64,000 nt of DNA from Saccostrea cucullata (taxonomy: Eukaryota), in the NCBI RefSeq assembly GCF_032062105.1, contig NW_026938891.1, positions 806,001 through 870,000 of the forward strand, given 5' to 3'. How positions within the stretch are numbered: the stretch's first letter is position 1; every line of letters begins with the position of its first letter. The notes under the pieces were generated by a model that was given only the letters and a program-made list of their open reading frames with translations, was not told where the DNA came from and searched no databases. This document shows, piece by piece, positions 31,440-42,940 of the stretch. The position numbers were made by a program, and so were the translations under genes.

Positions 31440-31919
31440 ATGAACAAGTCCGTCATCTTGATGATCCTGCCATGCGTGATCGCTCTGGCCGTCGTTGCTG
31501 TTGAGGGTATGTACTACTACCCTGCAGCCCAGACCTCAGTTGTCGGGGGAGTCGGAAACACCGCTGCCAGACAGGCCTACCAACAAAGATACCTCCAGGA
31601 ATGGTTCCAGACCCGCCAACAGAGAAACCAGCTGAACAAACTCGCTAAACAATCCACCTTCTCAACCTTCGTCAACTACAGTAAGTTTTAGTACTGGATA
31701 TTTATTTCATATCAATTATATTAAGAGTTATGATTTACGCCTGAAGATGAAAGAAAGTGAATAAATAAACTAAAAAAAATGTTTTTAAAGTCTTTTTACC
31801 AATTTTAAGACAGAATGGTATCGTGATTATTTCTTATGTGTAAATCTTTTCATCTAGTTCCTCTGGTTCTTCTGTTGACCACCCTGACCAACAACACTGC
31901 TCTCCCCATCATTGGTTAG
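31440..31919 (+). CDS. Secreted protein E, 100 aa, same protein sequence as D (exons 31440-31680, 31858-31919)
   Basis: CDS differs from D only at a few synonymous sites and the stop (TAG vs TAA); 3'UTR intron 31960-32124, AATAAA 32171-32176. Confidence 0.9.
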
Positions 31920-33489
31920 ATATAATCTGTAGAAGGAGAGGGACGTTATACTCTAACAGGTGCGTGTTTGAAAGTTTAACATTGTGAAGGTTTTTTTTTC
32001 ATTAGATAGTATTTTAAAATTTTTAAGAAAAAAAATGTGAAAAACTTTTTTAAAAAACGTATTTATTTAATAAAAAAGAAATACAACATGATCTTTTAAT
32101 ATATTTTTTTTTCCTTTTTCACAGGTTGGAAAGGAAACCAGTTGGAATGATTTGTTTCTGTTTCTTGTTGAATAAAAGTTGACATAAAAAATTATCTATT
32201 TTCGTATGTTGTTCGACTTAGAAAAAGAGATACATAGATAAAAAGGGACATGTAAGGAAGCGAACAGATTTATGAAAAAAGTTCATTTAAAAAAAAATGA
32301 TTGAAGAAAACAAAATCTAGTTTTCATTCATATACCTACTGTAGCAACCACTTTTGATCATCGATATAAGGTAATCAAACATGCAGATGTATTTAACGGG
32401 CAATTAACGGGTTATTAAAAAGTGAACTAATATATTTTTATCTTGAAATCAGATGTTTTGTTAGAAAACATGCAATACCCTTAAGGCGCATTTATACGAC
32501 CTGCATGTACATATAATTATGCTCTTTAAGGTAGATCTGCTCAAACAAGTTATAATAAGTAGTGGGACCAATTAGTTAAAAGAACTTATTTCCAATCTTA
32601 TTGATTATTTATCAAAAATTAAAGTATGTTCAAATGTTAGTTGCATCATATGATTGCCAGATGACAATTAAAAATGTACTATATCCTAATAAGAAAAACC
32701 TTACTCATTTCAACTTTGAGGGGGATGAAATTTAATATATGTAATTTTAATTTTTCAAAATAGTCTAAAAGTAGATGAGATAACCACTATGTACGATCTC
32801 TTACATCCAAAAGTTGTTTGATGTACATTTATATCTATATTTCCTTTGCCAGATGTGCTTTAAGAGTGAAAGTACAATGGCTGCGTCTACAAAAAATGAA
32901 ACTACAATTAAAATCTTGAGAAAATGGTAAGCCAATACCACTTCTCCCTAAGTTACATAAGTTTAATCATTTAGTTACAAGCTTCAGGTGGGAGGAGTGT
33001 ACAACTATGATTATTTCTTGAGAAAACAGACTTATGATCACTTCCTCAACAGGTTTTCACGTAATTTTCGTGTAAAAGTTACGGTGCTAAGCGACAGCAA
33101 ATACGTAAAACGGAAAAAAATGATAAAATAACATTTCCTCAAAGTCGTCTTTAACCATCTACTTTTAGATGTTAAAGTCTTGTCTTTTCCTACTTATTTA
33201 TGTTTGCTGTATAGTTGTGACATTTGACGAAGGTGAATGGTTTGTACATGAATCTTTAAAATACAGTAAAACACAGAAAAAAGGAAATCTTGTCCTATCC
33301 TTATTTAAAAATAAAACTTTCTTTTAAGATTAAATCTATAAATTTGCCAACATATCAACAAAGAAAACATTTTGGAATATGATATTTCCTTTTTCGGATG
33401 AGTCAAAATTTTTATACTACCAATGGTAAAAAATTTTATTCCAAGATTTCATGCAAAAAGAGAAAAGCTGAATAATACATACTGTGTAT

Positions 33490-33925
33490 TTGGATATTTT
33501 TCTAGAAAAAGACGTTCATAGCAACCTTACAACAACACTTTATGATAAACATGATTACATTTCTGTCGCCAACTTCCCTCAAATAAGTAGCAACCTTTGA
33601 ACTTTATAAGGTGTATGTCTCTCAGTGGATTCAATTCGCAAGAGCATACATGTATATGCTATATATATATGAACAATTTCTTACAAACTTGTAGACAAAA
33701 CAAGTTGATGAAACAAGAATATTTACAATCAAAGTAATCATTTTGCAAGTTTTATGGTCGATACAATGACCTTGTCAACAAAAACAATCTATCATTATTC
33801 CGAATGAAAACTGACATTTTTCATACTCATTGTAAGGGCACTACTTACTCTCTACGATTTTTATTGTTTCTGATCATGACAAGGAGTACATGGCGGGTGA
33901 CCGGTTAGCCAGGGATACTTACCCT
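33490..33925 (+). mobile_element. Penelope-like RT 3' fragment
   Basis: Decayed LYDKHD, SQ.I.FARA and KFYGRYNDLVNK motifs plus the shared 3' tail. Confidence 0.6.
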
Positions 33926-34210
33926 TACATGTTTCTATTGATAAATTTAATAAATATATAAGGAAATCATTCATTATAAGAAAACTAGATGTGTCTGAGA
34001 AAGAATAGAGTATGAATGTACCTTGTTGATATAAACTGTCTATTCTCAAATATTACACAATCTGTTAAAGTCTCTCAACAAAAAAACCGAAGAAAACACT
34101 TTGATTTTGTAAATATATGCACAGTTTAAAATGGTATAACTAATATATCATTGCATGATAAATGATAGCAAAAGAATTATTTTTCTTATTAAGTATATCT
34201 TTTAAGATAT

Positions 34211-36409
34211 CTATAAATTGACACAGCGGCATCTGTTGTCAACACAGTGTCTACGATGAAGGGGACAGAACCAGTTCACCATCGCTTCACAATCTGCTTT
34301 TGAGTCACAGCCTACAGAAAACAAGATGGTGAATGCTGCATTAATGTTTTCTTTTACTTAGATTGAAATATTTACATTTCCAATGTCTTTGTCCGAGATA
34401 AAATTACAAATTGTAAATGTACTTTATTTCTCCTTCAATGTATTGGCGCGGTTCCAAAAAAAAAAAAAAAAAAAAAACACGTGCAGGTCGGAACAAACAG
34501 TAGACAGAAGCAGGGCTTGGAGCAAGTGGATTGGCGGAATCAAAGCATGTAAATATAAGGAATAACTGTCAGATTTTTCAATTTCATGACGATGATCAAT
34601 CGATAGGTTTGCGTGATAATTATATGCATAAACGTTTTCGGCGTTTATGCAAATTATCACGCAACCCAATCGATTGATCACATCATGAAATCGAAAAATA
34701 AGACAGTTATTCCTTAAATAGATGCGTATATCTTATCAGTGATTATCAATTTGTTCATGGAGTGGTGCCATAAAATTAAAACAATAAAGACACATCCAAT
34801 ATTTTTTTCACACATCCCAGTTTTGTTCAACATCATCTTTTCCGTAAAAAAGCAAAACTATGACCACACAACACAACCTCCACATTCGACATATTTTATA
34901 TTACTTGAAAAAGACGTATAATGGTAATCTTATAACCACGCTTTATAAAAAACGTGATGACTTAAAATTTTCTATCGTCAACTTCACTTACTTACGCAGC
35001 AATATATCTTTATCACCTGCATACGGAGTTTATATATCTCAGTTGATTCGATACGCAAGAACATGCTCTACGTATGAACAATTTCTAACACGATGTAAAT
35101 TATTTACAAACAAGTTGATGAATGAAGAATATCATCAGTCTCGTTTAAAGTCATCATTTCGTAAGTTCTATGGTCGATACAATGACCTTGACAGCAAATA
35201 CAATTTATCATTGAGTCAAATGCTGACAGACGTTTTTCATACTAATTGTTAGTCCATTGTTTATATACTGAATTGACGACGGATTTTCCCGTTATTTCCC
35301 GGTTATGACAAGGAGCACACGACGGGTGTGACAGATCGGCAGGGGATGCTCACTCCTCCATGGCACCTGATCCAAACTCTGATGTTTTGGAGGTCCGTGT
35401 TTGCTCTGCTCCTATCTTGTATCGTTTATGGACTTATGATCTTGAATACTGTTCGTTAAATCTCCATATGTTTCATCGTAAGTCTTACGAGGACAAACAT
35501 TAGTCATTCAATTTTTACTTTCATATACACCTAGTAGTATGACAAAGTCACTCAATAAAATTTACACTTGTACATCAGTTTTTTATTTCTCAAACAATTT
35601 ATCGTACTTTCAATAAAGAGTGTTTAAAAAGTCCTCAAAATGACATTGGAAAGTAGTGCACGCGTCTTCTTTGTTTATCTAATTCAACTTTGGGCTTAAG
35701 AAATGTTTCTAAAAGCTGGAGAAACATTTTTTAGTTTTGAATCCATCCGCGGCTAATAATTCTCGCGACAAATGTACATAAATACACAAGTGAAAAACTG
35801 GTCCACGACGAGTAATATTTGCATGTAAATGATGGTCGCGAAACTCGCCAATATTTTATGCTTGCGAATAAAAATTGAATAAGAAAGAAATAGCTAATTA
35901 TATGCATTCAAATTCCCTTCTCTTTTTTAGTGTTTAGTGACGTATTAAGTATATTAAGATTTAAAAAAAATACTAGTAATGCAAAGTTTTAAAAACCAGA
36001 CAAAAGATAATTCAGCATACTAACGTCCTTCTCGAAGCTCGCATGTACAGGTCCCCTGGCTGCACACCACGTGAGAAAACTCATCACAGTGAGTGGTCGT
36101 GCAGGAATCGGGGGTAGTGCACGTCTCGCACCAGGCGTATCCTTTAAAAAAAAATGTATTGAACAATAATATAAGTAGAAAAAAATAGTATTTAAATCAA
36201 AACTTGATTTACTTAATATTATTTAAAGCATATTATAAAAAATCTTAACTTGCATTAATTTATCTGAGAAAAAGAATTTTTTTTTTTTACAAAAGTCTTG
36301 GTAAAATGCATCTTTGTAAAGGTTTTTTTGTGATATAATTAAGAAAAGGAATTAAATGGTTCATTAACTTACCAACTAAGGCACAACAAAGAAGCAGAAA
36401 CAGGTTCAT
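34211..36409 (-). CDS. Cvsi-2-like (MEROPS I84) serine protease inhibitor F, 84 aa (exons 36409-36373, 36141-36025, 34311-34211): MNLFLLLCCALVGYAWCETCTTPDSCTTTHCDEFSHVVCSQGTCTCELREGRCDSKADCEAMVNWFCPLHRRHCVDNRCRCVNL
   Basis: Signal peptide, 12-Cys mature peptide with ETC...CTC...HCVD..CRC as in oyster cvSI-2 (from recall); phase-1 introns; 255-nt frame. Confidence 0.88.
34556..34716. repeat. ~160-bp imperfect palindrome (hairpin, MITE or Crypton-like) in intron 2 of gene F
   Basis: taaggaataactgtc...gatcaatcgat / atcgattgatc...gacagttattcctta. Confidence 0.7.
34880..35470 (+). mobile_element. Penelope-like RT 3' fragment in intron 2 of gene F
   Basis: ORF 34860-35252 contains LYKKRDDLKFSIVNF..SPAYGVYISQLIRYAR..FRKFYGRYNDL. 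Confidence 0.8.
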
Positions 36410-37228
36410 TATGCAGTTCCTCCAAAATAGAGAATATAGACCAAGGAATGCAGTTATCAATGCAAGTTTGATTATGTCAAGATAAAATCGTCCTTAAATG
36501 TCATTATGTCACGTAATTCTCACCATTCCATGCAACTTTTACTTAAGCCAAAAGGGAGAGTTTAGTATAACAAATGGCTCTTAATTTAAACTATGCATAA
36601 CAAAAGTATCATTAATGTTACATTTTACATTTTGTACATGCTATTTACCTTACAAAACACTTAGTACATTGTTACATTATTACCTTTAAAATTAAAAAAA
36701 TCAATTTTTAGACTACGAACGTCTTAAAAACTGAGACAACCAATGTAGCCGTATTTAGATATATCGACGATATATTATCAATTTGTTATATGTTCATTTA
36801 ATATTCCAAAGTGGAAGATATTGTACTTACATTATAGGCAATTGACAAAATCTTAAGGGTGATTATCTGTATACTGGTGAGGAAAACTTCAAAAGCAAAA
36901 TTTATCTTAAAAATATTATAGCAAAGTATAAAAAAAGTAAATCTTTAATGTCGTAACTACATCGTGTTTTGAACATAAACCCGTATACTGGGGTAACACA
37001 TCCAAAAATTTTATTTATGTAAAGAGGGGTTAATGAAATGAAAACAATTATAGTTTTGCCATTCGGTGCAAGAATTAAGAGTCATATGAAGGATTTAATA
37101 TAAAAAAAAAGAGGATAAATAAAAACGTAAAATATTCAGAATTTGTAAACTCTCCTTGTTGGTCTTAAAGGATTGGAGGTACTTTCCATTTATGACAAAA
37201 TCAGTATTTTATTTTAATTTTATTAATT

Positions 37229-38867
37229 TTACTGGGTACGCCGAATGCCCCACCAAAAACATCTGCGACAGCCGTTAATGCACGCATGGACGTGATTACT
37301 CCCAGCAGCTCCAACACAATCCGCGTCCATAACACACTGAGAACAGGTCACCCCTGTTAAAAAATACAGGTTAAATTTTTATAGCTTACTATATTATAAA
37401 AAAGATTTTAAGTAATAAAATTATCATGCATCTTAAGTAATCAATTTTAAAGAATTATGCTTACCCTTACGTGAGAAACATCCAGTCTTCAAAGCAGAGG
37501 CAAATGGTAGGCCCGGAATACAAACCTCGGCAATAGCTAGAATGATCAGTTATATATATAATTATAATAGTAAAGGTGTCCGTAAATCGTTTACTTTGTA
37601 CATAATAAACCAAAAAGTTATGCTTTAAATTGATTTATTAATTTCAAATGAAAGTACAATAAATAACAACGCACTATCTGGACATAGCAACGACACAAAT
37701 CTTTATTGTACAATGTATTACAAATAAAATATGAAAATCAATTATTATATTCATGCATCGTAATGTTGGATTAACTGATTAAATAAATATAGAAAAAAAT
37801 CAAACTACGACAGTATATGTCATTCTAAACTGGCATTTATACAATTTTTTACTTCTTATATACGAGACCAGTTCTAAAGAACTACGTCACGTGAAATTCA
37901 CAACGTATTTGAATTAAAACCTTGTAATTTCGAACAAGTAATTAAAAAATAAGGTGTCATGTTTAAACATCTATCGGGATATAAATACGGGTTGGTCACG
38001 AGATCAAATTCCGGGCTTTATGATAAATATTATCTCGGTATATAGGTCACTATACAAATCTATTTATTCATATTCATTTACTATTTTAGGTTATAAACAG
38101 TTTTATTGAGAAATGACGATTTACTTCTTTGAAAAACGTGTTCAAACTCAAATCAAAGAGAACGACGACAAGTAAATAAGCAAACTAATGCAAAGAAAAA
38201 AAACCAAAGAATAGAAGGAACTGACAAATTAAATCTAGAAAGGTAAGCAGAAATCGTTACATGTTTAAATGTGTTTAGTGGTTAATAATGCTCTCAACTC
38301 AATTAAATCTTTACCATGAGAATCGGAAAGAAAAGCTTCAGAGACTTTTATTTTGTAGAAGTCAACAGTTACAAAATTAAGGGCACATATGAAAATCATT
38401 ACATTATCACATTATGAATGTATTTATGCATATATTTTGTTGAATTAAGATGGATATTTTCTACAGTATTTTGATTTACTTAATTAAAGAGTTTTAAATT
38501 TAGGTCAAAATCGGGAAGTTACTACCCCACTGTGTTGTGTAAAGACATTGGATTCGGAAAATAAATTAACTTGTTATACTTGTACAAATACTACTCTTTT
38601 GTGAATAAGAATGGCAAACATATAAACAACAAATAGATTAAATTATTCATCATCCAAAGTGAGTTTAAGCAGCATCACAATTTTTTTTAAAAGACCAAAT
38701 ATCTGCTACAAAGCAACCTTGAAACTTTGCATTGTTAAGTTCTGTTGATGTATCAATTTATTATTTTTACAAATAAGACCATTTTAACAAAACTTACATT
38801 TCAGAAGAAACAATAGAAAACCAACAAACACATACCTGCAAGAACAACAATAATTAGAACTAGATGA

Positions 38868-38900
<33 letters not shown>

Positions 38901-41037
38901 TGAATTTCTCGATAAGATGAGATGTGATTTTGACTGAGATATTCGTTAAAAGAGAATGACATTAAGTTTTTCTTCATTGAATTTAAAGTTTCTATTTTTT
39001 TATCCAATATTCTGAACATCCCTTGTTCAATATTGCTTATAAAAATACTCCCCCTTTTCGAGACGTAAAGCATGAAAATATAGCATTTTGGCCCCTGGCG
39101 ATCCCTTATTACGTAACATATGATCAAAATTTTATAACATATTGTTGCATATCGTTAAAATGAATATCTTTGCTTCTCATGATGTATACTTATTACAAAA
39201 TATTGATCATTAAAGAGTTAAAGATGAAAGACTTCTGGCCCCTCTGAGCCCCTAATTTGAGGAGTCAGCCCCTTTTTCTTGATATCAAACGAAAGGTCTT
39301 GTGATTTCAAAGACTTTTTGTTATACACTTGTTTAGAGATTTCTTTTCGTTTAGGAGATATGCTTAATATAAATATTTAGGGGCCACCCCTACAAGTCCT
39401 TAATGGGGCCAGTTTACCAAAATTCAAAGTATGCATATTGTTTAAAACATTATTCTGACCATCTTTTCTTCAATATTACTTATCAAAATTTCCCCCCTTT
39501 TCGAGATATGAAGCGTCATAGATTTGATATTCTGGCCCCTTGTGACCCCTAATTACGTAACATATGATCAACATTTTATAATATATCGTTGCAAATCGTT
39601 AATATGAACATCTTTGCTTCTGTAATGCATGACAAATTATTAATCATTAAAGAATTAAAGATTAAATACTTCTGGCCCCTCTAAGCCCCTAATTTGAGGA
39701 GTCAGCCCCTTTTTCTTGATATCAAACGAAAGGTCTTGTTATTTCAAAGACTCTTTGTTCTACACCTATTCAGAGATTTCTTTTCGTTTAGGAGATATGC
39801 TTTATATAAATATTTAGGGGCCACTCCTACAAGTCCTTAATGGGGCCTTTTTACAAAAATTGAAGGTATGCATATTGCTTAGAACATTAATCTGGCCATC
39901 TTTTGTTCAATATTGCTTATCAAAATATTCACCCTTTTCGAGATATGAAGCGTCAAAGATTTGACATTCTAACCCCTTGTGACCCCTAATTATGTAACAT
40001 ATGATCCAAATTTTATAATATATTGTTGCAAATCGTTAATATGAACATCTTTGCTGTAATGCATCACAAAATATTGATCATTAAAGAGTTAAAAATGAAA
40101 GACTTCTGGCCCCTCTGAGCCCCTAATTTTAGGAGTCAGCCCCTTTTTCTTGATATCAAACGAAAGGTCTTGTGATTTCAAAGACTATTTGTTCTACACC
40201 TATTCAGAAATTTCTTTTCGTTTAGGAGATATGCTTTATATAAATATTTAGGGGCCACTCCTACAAGTCCTTAATGGGGCCGTTTTACAAAAATTCAAAG
40301 TATGCATATTGTTTAACACATTAATCTAGCCATCTTTTGTTCAATATTGTTTATCAAAATATTCACCCTTTTCGAGAAAAGATTTGACATTCTGGCCCCT
40401 TATGACCCCTAATTACGTAACATATGATCAAAATTGTATAATATGTTGTTGCAAATAGTTAAGATAAACACTTTTGCTTCAGTAATGTATAACAAAATAT
40501 TGATCATTAGAGAGTTATAGATAAAAGACTTTTGGCCTCTCTGAGCCCCTAATTTTAGGGGTCAGTCCCATTTTTTTTGACATCAAATGAAAGGTCTTGT
40601 GATTTTGCACATTTTTTCTTCAATATCTTTTAACAAATTATGAACGGGTATGAAGATATGAAACAAAATGTGTCAAATTTTGTGAGATATTTCTGAGACA
40701 TTTTTTCGGGCCCTACCGAGCTCCGGCGCCTTTTGCGCTAGAAAGATTTGGAGACCCAATTACAACTCATCAAACCTTCCTTTACTTTCACTGAAAATCT
40801 TAAGTCGATATCTTAAGTCGTTTCGGAGGAGTTTCCTGGACAAGCCGACCCTCTGAAAATCAGAAAATCGACCATATCTCACGACCGGAAGTGAGATCAT
40901 CAAAAAGCAAAAAAACCTATCAAGATCAATCAAATATCTTTCCGATCTGAAAGTTTGGTATAAATCGGACGAGCCATCTCTGAGAAATCGCTTGCACAAA
41001 ATCGGTTGGAAGAAAAATAATAATAATAACTAGATGA

Positions 41038-41070
<33 letters not shown>

Positions 41071-42205
41071 TGAATTTCTCGATAAGATGAGATGTGATTT
41101 TGACTGAGATATTCATTAAAAAAGAATGACATTAAGTTTTCCTTCATTAGATTTAAAGTTTTTGATTTTTATCAAGATATTCTGAACATCTTTTGTTCAA
41201 TATGGCTTATAAAAATACTCCCCCTTTTCGAGACGTTAAGCATAAAAAATATAGCATTTTGGTCCCTTGCGATACTTTTTTAAGGACTCAGCCCCTTTTT
41301 CTTGGTATCAAATGAAAGGTCTTGTGATTTTGAAGATTTTTTGTTCAGCGCTTATTCAGAGATTTCTATTCGTTGTGAAGATATGCTAAATGGAAATATT
41401 TAGGGGCCACCCCTACAAGTCCTTAATGGGGCCGTTTTACAAAAATTTAAAGTATGCATATTGTTAAGAACATTATTCTGACCATCTTTTCTTCAATATT
41501 GCTTATAAAAATATTCCCCCTTTTTGAGATATAAAGCGTCAAAGATTTGACATTTTGGCCCCTTGTGACCCCTAATTACGTAACATATGATAAAAAAAAT
41601 TATCATATTTTGTTGCAAATTGTTAAAATAAATACTTTTGCTTCAGTAATGTATAACAAAATATTGATCATTAGAGAGTTATAGATAAAAGACTTTTGGT
41701 CCTTCTGAACCCCTAATTTGAGGGGTCAGTCCTATTTTTTTGACAGCAAATGAAAGGTCTTGTGATTTTGCACATTTTCTCTTCAATATGCTTCTACAAA
41801 TTATGAACAGGTGTGAAGATATGAAACAAAATGTGTCAAATTTTGTGAGATATTTCTGAGACATTTTTTCGGGCCCTACCGAGCTCCGGCGCCTTTTGCG
41901 CTAGAAAGATTTGGAGACCCAATTACAACTCACCAAACCTCTATTTTCACTGAAAATCTTAAGTCGATATCATAAGTAGTTTTGGAGGAGTTTCCAGGAC
42001 AAGCCGACCCTCTGAAAATCAGAAAATCGTCCATATCTCACGACCGGAACTGACGTCATCAATAAAAAAAATTCCAATAAGGTTCAGATCAATATCTATC
42101 AGATCTAAAAGTTTCGTGAAAATCGACCGAGCCGTTTCCGAGAACTCGCGTGCACAAAAATCGGTAAGAAAAAAATAATAATAATAGGGAAAAAGAAACC
42201 GAACG

Positions 42206-42247
<42 letters not shown>

Positions 42248-42271
42248 TAATAGGGAAAAAGAAACCGAACG

Positions 42272-42310
<39 letters not shown>

Positions 42311-42326
42311 CTAGTTTGGTTCTCAT
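37229..42326 (-). pseudogene. 8-Cys secreted peptide I (divergent I84-like), exon 1 split by a Helentron insertion; restored 78 aa: MRTKLVLIIVVLAAIAEVCIPGLPFASALKTGCFSRKGVTCSQCVMDADCVGAAGSNHVHACINGCRRCFWWGIRRTQ
   Basis: Exon 1 = 42326-42310 + 38858-38836; exon 2 = 37536-37465; exon 3 = 37353-37229. Canonical phase-1 sites; homologous to gene J. Confidence 0.82.
38859..42309 (-). mobile_element. Tandem composite Helentron-associated element (two units: ~38859-41028, ~41029-42309) with ~430-bp internal tandem repeats
   Basis: Each unit ends in palindrome ctcgttgctcgcaacgag + atctcatctag; hairpin aggtcttccgttggaaacggaagacct duplicated at 42215-42308; (AAT)n tract; gaaaggtctt recurs at 39291, 39728, 40162, 40589. 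Confidence 0.85.
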
Positions 42327-42519
42327 ACTGGAAATTGTTTTTTGTCTTTCATGTCAAACTGTTAAGTAATGTTTATCGTTTAAATACACTATTTGCTGAG
42401 TTTACTAGCATCTGTTACCTGCACATCCGTGTTTTTCTTGCCAAAAATGAAAATAATATTAATTGGGATGTCAACAAGCAAGCTTAATTAAACTTCTGCG
42501 ATGCATTTAATTACACACC

Positions 42520-42720
42520 GTCGCCTGCGTGGCGCAATGGTCGAAGTGTTTGCTGAATATTCGCAGGGCAAGAATAGATTGTTATATATAAGGTTCAATT
42601 CCTAGTGCGGGACTTGGAGACTAGTCCTTCGTACGAGACCATGTCGACAGAAAAAGATGGTATAAAGAAAAAGACACCTCACTGAGTGCCGAGTAAAGGT
42701 CAAAATTTACATGAATGGTC
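42520..42720 (+). mobile_element. tRNA-derived SINE remnant
   Basis: A box TGGCGCAATGG (~42530) and B box GGTTCAATTCC (~42592); no proper cloverleaf. Confidence 0.5.
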
Positions 42721-42940
42721 AAAGAAATGGATGTTGAAGTTTAAATTAAGAGAAATCTAAGCTCTATTTTTTTTTTCATTTAAAAGCTGTGCAACAATAT
42801 CAAAATTTAATTTTGATAATGATCGATTAGAATATGTCACACAACACAGACCTCAATGAATAATACAGAGAATTGTCTTCAATTTTGGGGTGGTCTGCTC
42901 ATATAGATAAGAGCCTAAAAAGCTTAGAATGTAACAATGT

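Noticed and set aside
38801-39127. 108-aa ORF ending in LVLIIVVLAG as an alternative start for gene I
   Set aside because: Non-ATG start and mostly transposon sequence; the real start MRTKLV lies across the insertion at 42326.
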